From NCBI GenBank assembly GCA_963796965.1, contig CAWCNS010000009.1, positions 576,001 to 640,000 on the forward strand: a DNA stretch of 64,000 bases. Direction: 5' to 3'. Below are positions 31,554 to 42,401 of the stretch, piece by piece (position 1 is the first letter of the stretch; each line of letters starts with the position of its first letter). Made by a program: the position numbers and the translations under genes. The stretch comes from Calditrichia bacterium (GTDB taxonomy: Bacteria; Calditrichota; Calditrichia; JAJRVZ01). The notes beneath the pieces are model-generated. The model was not told where the DNA came from. It saw only the letters and a list, made by a program, of their open reading frames with translations, and did no database searches.

Positions 31554-32579
31554 GTGACCGAGATAAAGGGGCAAACAAATGTTAAATCTGTCAGATTTGG
31601 CAGTGGTTGTTTAAAGGGAATTGGTAAAGAAATAGGAAAATTTGTTGTAATGACCATGGATCTTCCCTGGGAGGTCACGCAAGACCATCTCGGTGCTGAA
31701 CCACATGACATTGTCTTTGTTGATTCTGTAGAAAAGGTGATTCTGGATCAAACAATATCCGAATTACCTCTATGCGATACAGTTATTGGGATTGGCGGAG
31801 GCAAAGCTATTGATGCTGCAAAATATATGGCCTGGAAACGTGGGATCCGACTTGTTTCTGTACCAACCATTATTAGTGTTGATGCTTTCGTTACACCGGC
31901 CGCCGGTGTCAGGGTAGAGCATGAAGTCGTCTATATCGGAGAGGCCAGCCCCGATCCTTTAATCATTGATTACAATGTTATTCGTTCTGCTCCTCCTGAA
32001 TTAAATATTGCCGGCATTGGTGATCTTCTTTCCATGCACACAGCAACCTACGATTGGGAGATTGCTGAGCAGGAGGGACAATCCAACTACCCCTTCTCAA
32101 ACAGGGATATACAAAATGCAAGAAATATTCTTACTGACCTCTATGGGCGTCTTACCGATATCAGGGAAGTATCGGACTCCGGCCTTCGATCAATCGTTGA
32201 AGGGTATATGCGTTTAAATACTATCTGCTTGCCGGCAGGCCATTATCGTGTTGAAGAGGGATCAGAGCACTTTCTATTTTATGAACTCGAAGAACGTTTG
32301 CAACATGCATTTATTCATGGTCATATTGTTGGCCTGGGAATATATTTAATGAGTCGTTTACAAAATAATCAGGTTGAAGAGATTACAGGTATTATGGATG
32401 AGGTAGGATTAGAATATCATCCTGGCGGGATGGAAATTCAAAAGAAAAATCTTATTGACAGTCTTAAAAATCTAAGATTTTTCGTGGAGAGCAGAGATAA
32501 TCTATGGTATACGGTTATTGATAAAACAGAAATGACTGATGATTGGATTTCTGAGGCCATTTCTGGATTAAAATTTTAA
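31554..32579 (+). CDS. Glycerol-1-phosphate dehydrogenase-like (EgsA/AraM) metal-dependent dehydrogenase
   Basis: GIGGGKAIDAAKY, VPTIISVD, AGIGDLLS, EGSEH, HGHIVGLG. Confidence 0.75.
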   Translation: MTEIKGQTNVKSVRFGSGCLKGIGKEIGKFVVMTMDLPWEVTQDHLGAEPHDIVFVDSVEKVILDQTISELPLCDTVIGIGGGKAIDAAKYMAWKRGIRLVSVPTIISVDAFVTPAAGVRVEHEVVYIGEASPDPLIIDYNVIRSAPPELNIAGIGDLLSMHTATYDWEIAEQEGQSNYPFSNRDIQNARNILTDLYGRLTDIREVSDSGLRSIVEGYMRLNTICLPAGHYRVEEGSEHFLFYELEERLQHAFIHGHIVGLGIYLMSRLQNNQVEEITGIMDEVGLEYHPGGMEIQKKNLIDSLKNLRFFVESRDNLWYTVIDKTEMTDDWISEAISGLKF

Positions 32580-32610
32580 TAATTTCCAGATGTAAATCCT
32601 CAATTGGCAA

Positions 32611-33270
32611 TTGGTAATTAAAAAAGAGATTGATACAAAGATCTGGATAAATGTTCATAATTTTGAAGATTGGATAAATGCTGATTTTATTCTCACCAAT
32701 TTGGAAGAAAGGGGTAAAAAACACTATGTTGATGCATCCGCCTTTCATAATTACAGCAATTCACCTGCATCACATATGAAAGATCTTTATCAGAAACATC
32801 CAGACACAAAAATTGTATTTACGGAACATTCCGAATGGGGTGTTTTCGGTATGTACAATCTCCAACAATACTTCTGGAATTGGTCATCTTCCTATATGTA
32901 TTGGGTTACAATGACTACTGCACAGTTAGACGAACACAATCAGAGTCCCTACAACAACGTGGATGACCTTTCACCCACCTTATTAATTGAACAAAAGGAT
33001 GATCCATCCAAATGGTATGTAACAGCAGAATATTATTTACTCTCCCACTTTTCAAAATTTATTCGACCCGGAGCCGTGCGCATCGCCTGTGACAAGGGAT
33101 CCGTAGACAGGATAATATTCGTTGGGTTTATTAATCCAAACAGTACCATAGTTCTCGTTGCTGTTAATCAGACTCAGATGACTCAATCTTTTACCCTGAA
33201 ATTTAAAGACCAGTGCTTAACAACTGCTCTGCAAAAAAAATGTATAGGAACTTATGTCTGGAAGAATTAA
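32611..33270 (+). pseudogene. C-terminal fragment of a GH30-like glycoside hydrolase
   Basis: AFHNY, VFTE, YMYW, EYYLLSHFSKFIRPGAVR, GFINPNSTIVLVAVN; no signal peptide, no N-terminal half and no good start codon. Confidence 0.65.
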
Positions 33271-33326
33271 TTTTAAGAGGTATTAGAACTTCTAATACAA
33301 ACATGCTAACTAACTATGGATTATAA

Positions 33327-34175
33327 ATGAATGCTATATTACTATTATCCTGCCCCGATCGGAGGGGCCTTGTCTCACGAATCTCACACTTCATATACGA
33401 GCGTGGCGGCAATATTCTTGATCTGGATGAACATGTAGATCCGGAAGATCATATATTTTTTATCCGGGTAGCCTGGGATATGGAAAACTTTAGTATTCCT
33501 GCTGATCAACTTACAGAAGCCTTTTTACCTTTAGCCAAAGAATTTAAAGCTCATTGGGAAATCCGTTTTGATCAAAAGATACAGAATGTCGCCCTTTTCG
33601 TTTCCAAATATGACCATTGCCTTCAGGATATTTTATGGCGACATCAGATCAGGGAATTTAGGATGAATATTCTCCTTATTGTTTCGAACCATCCTGATTT
33701 AAAAAAATTAGCGGATCATTATAGAATTCCTTTTCATGTATTTCCCATTGACAAATCAAATAAAGACGATCAGGAAAAGAAAGAACTAAAATTACTATCA
33801 GAAAATAACGTTGATACTATTGTGTTAGCCCGATATATGCAAATATTATCCCCCAGGATGGTAGAACAGTATCCGAATCGTATTCTCAATATTCACCATT
33901 CATTTTTACCGGCATTTATTGGTGGAAACCCTTACAAGCAGGCTTACCAGCGCGGAGTAAAAATCATTGGTGCCACCAGTCATTATGTAACCCCAGATCT
34001 GGATGAAGGCCCCATCATTGAGCAGGATATTATCCGGATCTCTCATAAAGATACCCTCAAGGACCTGGTTCGAAAAGGCAGAGATCTTGAACGTCTGGTC
34101 CTAGCCAGGGCACTTCATCATCATCTTGAGGATCGCGTATTGGTTCACGGACACCGAACAATAATTTTTGAGTGA
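33327..34175 (+). CDS. purU: Formyltetrahydrofolate deformylase
   Basis: ACT domain CPDRRGLV, VSKYDHCL, LARYMQIL, NIHHSFLPAF, GATSHYVT..LDEGPIIEQ. Confidence 0.95.
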   Translation: MNAILLLSCPDRRGLVSRISHFIYERGGNILDLDEHVDPEDHIFFIRVAWDMENFSIPADQLTEAFLPLAKEFKAHWEIRFDQKIQNVALFVSKYDHCLQDILWRHQIREFRMNILLIVSNHPDLKKLADHYRIPFHVFPIDKSNKDDQEKKELKLLSENNVDTIVLARYMQILSPRMVEQYPNRILNIHHSFLPAFIGGNPYKQAYQRGVKIIGATSHYVTPDLDEGPIIEQDIIRISHKDTLKDLVRKGRDLERLVLARALHHHLEDRVLVHGHRTIIFE

Positions 34176-34386
34176 TTTTTCCAATCAATGATGGCTTAAG
34201 CCAGAGTATATTCTAATCATGGTTTATGCTTATTCTCAGTAGTTTAAAGTAGCGACGCGGTTAAGAGGGTGTGTGAGAAGAAGAATCAACCATGGAATCA
34301 CACAGATTTACACAGAAATTAAAAAAATTTATGGATTACTGTCTTACTTTATTTACTTAACTCACCAACTTAAATCAGGGTATAGT

Positions 34387-35110
34387 ATGAACAGAGTAAT
34401 TAATCGTGTTTTCTCCATTAATTTCTATTATTTTATAGCCTATCTTTTTACTTCCTCAATATATTCTCTATTCTCAAGATAGTACAAATACTGATCCTGA
34501 TCCTCTTCGTTTTGAGAAGCAGATTGAGATATTCATAGAATGGGACAAAAAGAACAGTTATCCTGAAAAGGCGGTATTATTTGCAGGAAGTTCGAGCATC
34601 AGATTGTGGCCTACCCACGAAGATTTTCCTGATATTCCCATAATTAACCGGGGATTTGGCGGTGCCCATATTTCCGATATGCTCTATTATTTCGATCAAA
34701 CAATTAGAAAATATCATCCGGCAATTATTGTTTTTTATTGCGGGGATAATGATATTGCCGGTGAAAAAACTGCTGGCAGGGTTTATAATGATTTTTTAAA
34801 ATTTATTTCTAAGATGCATGATTACCTTCCCGGTACAAAGTTAATATATCTTCCCATCAAACCTAGTTTCTCCCGCTGGGAGATGTGGTCGGAAATGCAG
34901 AAAACAAATCAATTAATAAAAGACTTAATTCAAAAAAATGATGATCTAATCTATGTTGATACTGCTAATCCTTTAATTTCTGCAGAGAGCAAACCCTCAC
35001 AATTTCTATTTATGTCTGACAGTTTACATCTAAACCAAAAGGGTTATAGAATCTGGCAATCGATTTTAAATCCAAGTTTGATGAAATTTTATGATCAGAT
35101 AAGTAAATAG
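34387..35110 (+). CDS. SGNH/GDSL esterase; frameshift in the signal region near 34440
   Basis: DPLRFEKQI...LFAGSSSIRLW upstream of ORF 34604, NRGFGG, GDND, DSLHLN. Confidence 0.8.
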
Positions 35111-35281
35111 CGATCCCATCACTTTTTTGACAGCATTCCTATACTTTGCCTCCAAATGAAAATAAATATTCTCAATGAGAACAATAACGCGACTATATAT
35201 TTGAACAGAAATATAAAGTTGAATAAATTATAGGTCGAATAATTATAAGTAAATATACAATGCCATGTTCAGATTTATAAT

Positions 35282-37544
35282 ATGTTAAAGAATTTAATCA
35301 CAATACTTATTTTAATTTTGCCAGCATCTGGATTATTGATAGCGGCTGAGTCCTCCTCAGAATATTTGGTGGATCAGGAGGGTTATCGTTATATGGAAAC
35401 CAAAGAATCCGGCATGGATATAACAATTGACGGTGTTATGGATGAAACCGCCTGGCTAAATGCTAAATTTCAGGATCAATTTCTTCAGCGCGAACCAAAA
35501 TATGGTGAAAAGATTAGTGAAGAAACGCTAGTTGCTGTTCTCAAAGATGGGGATTATCTATATATTGGCATTAAATGCTATGACAGCCCTGTCTCTAAAA
35601 TAATCGCCAACGAAATGCGTCGTGATGCCCGGGTTGATAATGATGATTTTTTTGAGTTAATACTCGATACATTTCATGACCATCGAAACGGTTATTATTT
35701 TATTATTAATCCGAATGGGGTGAAGCGAGATGCAACAGTCGGTGATGAAGGAAAATCCTATAATCCCGATTGGGATGGTATCTGGGATTGTGCTACCGAA
35801 ATTACCGATGAAGGCTGGTTTGCAGAAATCGCTATTCCCTGGGAAACGTTGCGTTTTGATCCTAACCGTGACTCACTTTGGGGTATAAATTTTGCCCGAA
35901 TGATCCGAAGAAAAAATGAACACGCCTTTTGGCAGTTAGTGCCCCTCGACGCCGGACGTGGCGGATTGTTTCGTATTTCACAAGCAGGTGAATTACGTGG
36001 ACTAACCAATATTCAGGCCGGTGGGAATATTGATATCGAGCCCTATTTGATGGGTGGTATTTCCCGGAACCCCGAAGTACTGCAAACACAAAAGAATGTC
36101 ACAGAAGTGGGAATCGATGCCACTCTTGCTTTGACTTCTAATGTTAATCTTAAACTATCATGGAACACAGATTTTGCTCAGGTTGAATCAGACCAGGCCA
36201 TGGTTAATCTTAGCCGTTTCTCCTTATATTTTCCTGAAAAAAGAGAATTTTTTCTTGATGGTGCAGAGATTTTTAATTTTGGTAGTGCCAAGAGAAGAAG
36301 TGGGGGTGGTATCTTCGGGAATAATGTGAATCTTTTTTATAGTCGTCGCATTGGGATCGTTGAGGGACATCAACAGCCAATCGTAGGTGGGGCAAAATTA
36401 TTGGGTAAATTAGGTTCTTATCAATTTGGCTTCCTTAGTATGCAAACGGAGGGAATCACAGCCATTGAGGATGATTTATCAGTCAAATATGAAGGCGCCA
36501 ACTATTCAGTATTTCGATTACGAAAAGATCTGTTTAAACGCTCCTCTATTGGTGTAATGATGCTTAATAAACAATATAGTCAGTCCCCTCTTTATAACCG
36601 TTCGGCTGGTATTGACGCCATTTTTCCATTAACTGAAACGTTTACCCTCGCTGGAAATATCGCGGCATCTGTTGACCCTTTATACAAAATGGTTGGTCTG
36701 AATGATAAAAACATGGCTGGTTCTTTTTCAGCCTGCCTACGATTCCGATCTTTGGGAGCTCAGTCTATCACATCTTAGCATTCAGGAAAATTTTAACGCT
36801 GAAATGGGATTTATCAGAAGAACAGATATCCGGCGTACTTCCTCACAGATTCAATATTCACCAAGACCTGAGAATTTAAAGTCCATCCGTCAATTCGGCT
36901 ATCAGCTTCAATATGACTATACGACCGACCAACAAAATCGCATGTTAGAATACGATATCGGAGCCCGATTTTCAATAAACTTTCAGAATAGCTCAAGAGT
37001 ATTTCTTGGGGTGAGCCGCGAAATGGAATTTGTAGATGAAGATTGGGAGGTGAGGGAAAATATCTTTATTCCTAGTCAAAATTACGAAAGTTGGGAGTCT
37101 TTTGCCTGGCTTATGTCTGACGAGAGTAAAGATATATCAGGAGGCTTGTTTTTAATGTATGGTGATTATTTTGGCGGAAAACGATATTATGCAAGTCCGG
37201 AATTAATATTTAAAAATTTTAAACGTTTACGTGCTGATATTGATTTTACCTATATTAATGTCACACTTCCAAATGGTGATTTTGATATTCGAACGGTCGG
37301 AGCCAGGTTTTATTATTTTTTCTCAACCAAACTCTTCCTGAAGGCTTATTTACAATGGAATGATGATCAGAAAGCGAACGAAGGTGATCGTATCGCTCTA
37401 TCCAATGTTCTTCTTCGCTGGATTTACCGACCAGGTAGTGATATCTACCTCGTTTATAATGAGGGGTGGAATCTTGGCCCTCTTGGCAACCGGAATTTCA
37501 ACAGGACACTCTTGCTTAAGTTTACCTATTTTTGGAGAAACTAA
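35282..37544 (+). CDS. CBM9-like / DUF5916 outer-membrane protein; one frameshift near 36730
   Basis: IDGVMDETAW, GWFAEIAIPWETLRF, NTDFAQVESD..NLSRFSLYFPEKREFF, LFYSRRIG; ends LKFTYFWRN. Confidence 0.85.
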
Positions 37545-37734
37545 ATAGCGCCCGGATAGATTTCTTCCCTTTTAATATTTAAGATTCAATTTATCTCTTT
37601 GAACTTTCCTTTCTTTTTAATATTTTTTCCAATACCAGATGTAGTAAATCTTCAGTCAATCGAATTCATATAAATAACTATTAACTCTCTGTTAATTTTT
37701 AATAAAATTTTCAGACCCATTCACGGAGGATTAT

Positions 37735-38790
37735 ATGCTTACCTATTTTATCAGAATCTTTATCATGATGCTAATTATCCCTGTTCTTCTCTACGCTCAG
37801 GACACACCCATGTGGAAAGCCCATGACTTAAACAGGCCTACACCAAAAATTATTACCCCGCCGGCACAATACCTGCCGGTAATGCCTCCATCCGATGCGA
37901 TCGTTTTGTATGGGGGTAAAGATTTGTCACAATGGGTTGGAATGGATGGTAAGGCGACAAAGTGGATCAATGGAGAGGGCTACTTCGAGAGTGTCAAAGG
38001 GAGTGGTTATGTACAAACCAAACAAGCCTTCGGCGATATACAGTTGCATATAGAATGGTCTGCCCCACTCCCGGCAAAAGGTCAGAGTCAGGGTCGCGGT
38101 AACAGTGGGGTTTTTCTGATGGGAAGATATGAAGTTCAGGTGTTAGATTCCTACGAAAATATTACCTATGCTGATGGCCAGGCCTCAGCCGTTTACGGAC
38201 AATATCCACCTCAGGTAAATGCAGCTCGTCCCCCGGGAGAATGGCAATCCTATGATATCGTCTTCCGCCGCCCCAGATTTAACAGTTTGGGTGTAGTGGA
38301 AAAGCCAGCACGTATAACTGTGTTTCATAATGGTGTATTAGTTCAGGATAATGTGAATCCCTGGGGTGGCACAAACTGGCAACGATACACCCCTTACCAG
38401 TATCATCCCGACAAATTACCTCTTTCACTTCAGGACCATGGAAATCCGGTCCGTTTCCGTAATGTCTGGGTCCGTGAGCTTTCTGAAGAACCTGAGCAAG
38501 CTCCTAATTATCTGCCGTCCATTACACTTAATGAAAAAGATTTAAAAAAATATACTGGAACATACCAGGACCAAAAGGGTGTGAAATACCAAATCATCCT
38601 TGAAGCAGACCAGTTATATTTAATTCGTCCCAATGACCGAAAAGACGATTTGATTATTCATACTAAGGATAAGTTTTCCTTAAAATACACGGCGATGGAC
38701 CTAGATTTTCAATTGGACAAAAATGGCATACCGGTAGAAATGACCCTTACCTTCACCGGAGATAATTTTAAATTCAAGAAAATTGAATAA
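37735..38790 (+). CDS. DUF1080 (3-keto-disaccharide hydrolase-like) protein with C-terminal DUF3471-like domain
   Basis: PPSDAIVL, FGDIQLHIEW, GNSGVFL..YEVQVLD, LQDHGNPVRFRNVWVREL. Confidence 0.85.
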   Translation: MLTYFIRIFIMMLIIPVLLYAQDTPMWKAHDLNRPTPKIITPPAQYLPVMPPSDAIVLYGGKDLSQWVGMDGKATKWINGEGYFESVKGSGYVQTKQAFGDIQLHIEWSAPLPAKGQSQGRGNSGVFLMGRYEVQVLDSYENITYADGQASAVYGQYPPQVNAARPPGEWQSYDIVFRRPRFNSLGVVEKPARITVFHNGVLVQDNVNPWGGTNWQRYTPYQYHPDKLPLSLQDHGNPVRFRNVWVRELSEEPEQAPNYLPSITLNEKDLKKYTGTYQDQKGVKYQIILEADQLYLIRPNDRKDDLIIHTKDKFSLKYTAMDLDFQLDKNGIPVEMTLTFTGDNFKFKKIE

Positions 38791-38896
38791 TCCAGATAAT
38801 GGGTGATTTACTTACAGGATCGTGATTAAGTCTTATAAATTCTTGCTGTGATACCATGCAAAGGTTAGAAAAAGAAGTTCAGAAAAGAGGGATAAT

Positions 38897-39788
38897 TTGA
38901 AGATACTTTTGATCTATAATCCTCATGCTGGTCATAAACGTGCACACAAGTTGCTTCCGGAAGTTGAAGCAGAATTCAACAGATATGATGTTAATTTTGA
39001 CCTCCAACTAACCGATTATCCGGAACATGGCATTGAGATTATCTCTCAGACAGATTTCTCAAAATACGATGGTATCATAGCCGCTGGCGGAGATGGCACT
39101 ATTTTCGAGGTAATAAATGGTTATTATAAAAATAATCAGTCACAGAAACCTCCTTTGGGTGTTCTTCCTGTAGGAACAGGTAATGCATTCGCCCGCGATC
39201 TGAACTTACACACGGATCACTGGAAAGACGCAGTAAAGATCATTAGCCAGAATCGCACCAAAGGTGTCGATGTTGGACACTTCAAAACCCACGGTCAGGA
39301 TTATTATTTTTTAAATATTCTGGGCGTGGGTTTTGTTGCTGATGTAACACAAACGGCCCACAAATTGAAGTTCGTTGGCAACATATCCTATACTTTAGGT
39401 GTATTGTACCGCACCATCTTTTTAAAGCCTGACAAAATGAAGATCTATCTGGATGATAATTTAATTGAACGTGCCTGCACATTTATTGAGGTTTCAAACA
39501 CACGCTATACCTCGAATTTTCTGATGGCGCCAGCTGCTAAAATTGATGATGGATTATTTGATATAACCATTGCCGGACAATTCGGGCGGTTAAAACTATT
39601 ACAAAGTTTCCCAAAAATCTTCACGGGAGAGCATATCAATTTAGAATGAGATTGAAACCTATCAGGCAAAAAAAATTAAAATAGAAAGCGAGATATCAAA
39701 AGTGCTGACACCTGATGGTGAGTTGGTGGGAATTACGCCTGTTGAGATTAATTGTTTACCAAAGGCAATCGAGGTGTTTTGGAAATGA
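38897..39788 (+). CDS. Diacylglycerol kinase family lipid kinase (YegS/DgkB-like); frameshift near 39645
   Basis: YNPHAG, AGGDGT, PVGTGNAFAR, DDGLFD; shifted frame continues ...LTPDGELVGITPVEI...EVFWK to TGA at 39788. Confidence 0.85.
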
Positions 39789-40492
39789 GGTTTCCTCAGT
39801 CGGTATACCTCTGGTTAGTGGCTTCTGTATATTTTATATCATTTTTGTTCATCGCCCTGGGGGTGTCATTTCTTTTTAGGCCCGAGAGATATGACCCCTG
39901 GCTTAAAAAAATCTTACGCTGTTTTTTCAAGGTACTTCGTATCCCTGTAATAGTCGAAGGATCAGAACAAATTGATCCCACAAAATCTTATCTGTTCATG
40001 TCCAATCATGTCAGTTTGTTTGATATTCCTTTACTTGGGGGCTTTGTTCCGGGATTGGTCCGGGGATTAGAAGCACAACGCCAACATCGTTGGCCATTGT
40101 ACGGTTGGGTAATGGGGCGGTTGGGAAGCATTCCTATAGAAAGAGAAAACATTCACAGCTCCATCAAATCCATGAAGAAAACTGCAAATGCCATCAATGA
40201 GGGTCTTTCTATAATCATTCTACCTGAGGGACATCGCACTCTTGATGGAAATCTCAAGCCATTTAAAAAACTACCATTTTATTTAGCAAAAAAGATTGAT
40301 AAGGATCTTGTTCCCATTGGACTTTCAGGACTCTTTACCTTAAAGCGTAAAGGATCCTGGCACATACAACCAATCACAATAAAATTGAAGATTGGCAAAA
40401 GAATATCCCGTGAAAAAATTGATGCACTTTCAACACACGAATTAAGAGATTATGTGAGAGACAAAATAAAGGATCTTGTTGAGGAACCTTAA
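39785..40492 (+). CDS. plsC: 1-acyl-sn-glycerol-3-phosphate acyltransferase
   Basis: SNHVSLFD (HxxxxD), LPEGHRT; ATGA overlap with the kinase stop codon. Confidence 0.8.
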   Translation: MRFPQSVYLWLVASVYFISFLFIALGVSFLFRPERYDPWLKKILRCFFKVLRIPVIVEGSEQIDPTKSYLFMSNHVSLFDIPLLGGFVPGLVRGLEAQRQHRWPLYGWVMGRLGSIPIERENIHSSIKSMKKTANAINEGLSIIILPEGHRTLDGNLKPFKKLPFYLAKKIDKDLVPIGLSGLFTLKRKGSWHIQPITIKLKIGKRISREKIDALSTHELRDYVRDKIKDLVEEP

Positions 40493-40620
40493 CTCTGAAT
40501 TTATAATTTACTTTTATCTTTGTCCCACCTACGGTGGTGCATGCTAAAAAATGTTTACGATTTTCATTTGCATATAAGTTTTTTAAAAATAATAGTGACA
40601 GCTGGTATGATCAGATTGGA

Positions 40621-40880
40621 AACCACAAAGATATACAGAAGATACACAGAATTTAATTTGTAATACTTTTGTATATATATTTTTAAAACTCTGTGTGTCT
40701 CTGTGTAATTCTGTGGTTAAACAATTATTGTTAAAGACCCCGTGAAACGGGGCGGGCTCGAAGGGCGAGCGCTAGGTACTTTGTGCATTTTCCCGACAAA
40801 AGTCGGGATGGAGGATTTCATCCCGATATGGCTACGTGATGTAGACATATATATCGGGGCTTAGTGCTCTTTGTGTTTAA
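40621..40880. repeat. Long imperfect inverted repeat followed by stacked short palindromes
   Basis: AACCACAAAG..ACACAGA (40621-50) / TCTGTGT..CTGTGGTT (40690-718); CCCCGTGAAACGGGG; TCCCGAC-AAAA-GTCGGGA; CCCGATAT...ATATCGGG. Confidence 0.65.
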
Positions 40881-41034
40881 AAAGCAGATAAACAATTAAG
40901 TAGATCATTATAAAACAGACAGCGTCTCTACAATTTTTAAATGGGTAATAGACATAGATGAGAGGAGCCATTGAATATATTTTTAACAAACGTGTATGTA
41001 TAAATAACTCTAAATTTCAAACAGGGAGGAAAAA

Positions 41035-41904
41035 ATGAATAATATTCTGGTAATTGCAGGTGTACTTTTTATAATTCTATTTTTATTTGGTATGCGTATC
41101 ATCCGACCCACGCAAAGAGGATTAGTTGAACGACTAGGTAAGTACCGTAAGTTCGCCATGCCTGGATTTCATTGGATCATTCCGGTAATCGATCAAATGT
41201 ATAAGATTAATGTGACAGAAATAATGATCGATGCACAACCCCAGGAAATTATTACCAACGATAATCTAAACGCTTCGGTCGATGCACAGGTCTACTTCAA
41301 GATCAAAGAAGACGAAGATAATGTTAAACGATCTCAGTATAATGTCAATGATGTGCAGCGCCAGATCGTCAACCTCGCCAGAACAACACTCAGAAATATT
41401 ATCGGAACCCTGACATTAAAATCAGCCAATAGTGAGCGTGGCAAAATAAACTCTGAACTCCATCAGGTATTGATTTCTGAAACCAAAAACTGGGGTATTG
41501 ATGTTGTACGGACCGAATTAAAGCAGATCGATCCGCCAAAAGATGTTCAGGAAACGATGAATAAGATCGTTAAAGCTGAAAACGAGAAAATTGCTGCTGT
41601 GGATTATGCAACTGCTGCTGAAACTGCTGCCGATGGTGAAAAGAGAGCTTCCATTAAACAAGCTGAAGGTATTAAAAGATCTCAAATATTAAAGGCCGAA
41701 GGTGAAGCAGAGGCAATCCAGTTGGTGAACGATGCCGCCAATAAATATTTTATTGGTAATGCCCAGTTACTAAAAAAATTAGAAACCGTTCAAAAATCAT
41801 TACAGGATAATGCCAAAATCGTTATTCCAGCAGATGGTGAGTTGGTTAATGTTATTGGTGATCTTTCTGGGGTGTTGCCCTTAAAGAGAGACAAAAATAA
41901 TTAA
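41035..41904 (+). CDS. SPFH/band 7 (stomatin-like) membrane protein
   Basis: N-terminal TM, GLVERLGKY, PQEIITNDN, TTLRNIIG, alanine-rich coiled coil. Confidence 0.9.
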   Translation: MNNILVIAGVLFIILFLFGMRIIRPTQRGLVERLGKYRKFAMPGFHWIIPVIDQMYKINVTEIMIDAQPQEIITNDNLNASVDAQVYFKIKEDEDNVKRSQYNVNDVQRQIVNLARTTLRNIIGTLTLKSANSERGKINSELHQVLISETKNWGIDVVRTELKQIDPPKDVQETMNKIVKAENEKIAAVDYATAAETAADGEKRASIKQAEGIKRSQILKAEGEAEAIQLVNDAANKYFIGNAQLLKKLETVQKSLQDNAKIVIPADGELVNVIGDLSGVLPLKRDKNN

Positions 41905-41923
41905 ATTCGAAAATTGCCCGACC

Positions 41924-41951
41924 GTATCGGTGCGATTAATCGCACCGTTAC
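41924..41951. repeat. REP-like palindrome / possible terminator
   Basis: GTATCGGTGCGATTAATCGCACCGTTAC. Confidence 0.6.
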
Positions 41952-42073
41952 AGAAAGAGCATTTACCGATATTTTTTTCGATATAATATAACCAAGGGAA
42001 TAAAAATAAAATTATCGCGTATTAAAATATTAACAATCAAAGAAAATAAACATTTTATCAAGACAATTTTGAT

Positions 42074-42238
42074 ATGACTAAATTTAAGACCCTTTGCGAC
42101 CTCGATAAAAAAGATATTGAAAAAAAATTGGAAGATATTACAAAGATCGTTCTTAATCCCAATTATATTTGCCGCAAATGCGCCCGGGCGTCCAATAAAA
42201 AAGATTATTTGTGCAAACCACAAAGGATTAAACTTTAA
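42074..42238 (+). CDS. Small basic Cys-containing protein (54 aa), not in the ORF track
   Basis: MTKFKTLCDLDKKDIEKKLEDITKIVLNPNYICRKCARASNKKDYLCKPQRIKL; C...CxxC...C pattern. Confidence 0.7.
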   Translation: MTKFKTLCDLDKKDIEKKLEDITKIVLNPNYICRKCARASNKKDYLCKPQRIKL

Positions 42239-42300
42239 AAAATCGAATCCAGTATTCCATCATCTCATTCATATAAACATTCATACCATTTGCATATAAG

Positions 42301-42350
42301 TGCAAGGAAATAATTTTTTCCTTGCACACTCCTGCAAGAATAAGTATTTT
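42301..42350 (+). promoter_or_regulatory. Putative sigma70-like promoter with overlapping inverted repeat, upstream of the kinase gene
   Basis: TTGCAC-N17-TATTTT (42322-42350); perfect 10-bp inverted repeat TGCAAGGAAA-N6-TTTCCTTGCA (42301-42326). Confidence 0.4.
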
Positions 42351-42401
42351 AATTAGACCAACTCCCCCTTTTAAAAAGAAATTACTATAAGGTTCCCAAA
42401 A

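Noticed and set aside
39640..39655. Selenocysteine TGA in the lipid kinase
   Set aside because: The protein continues in another frame, so this is an indel and not an in-frame stop
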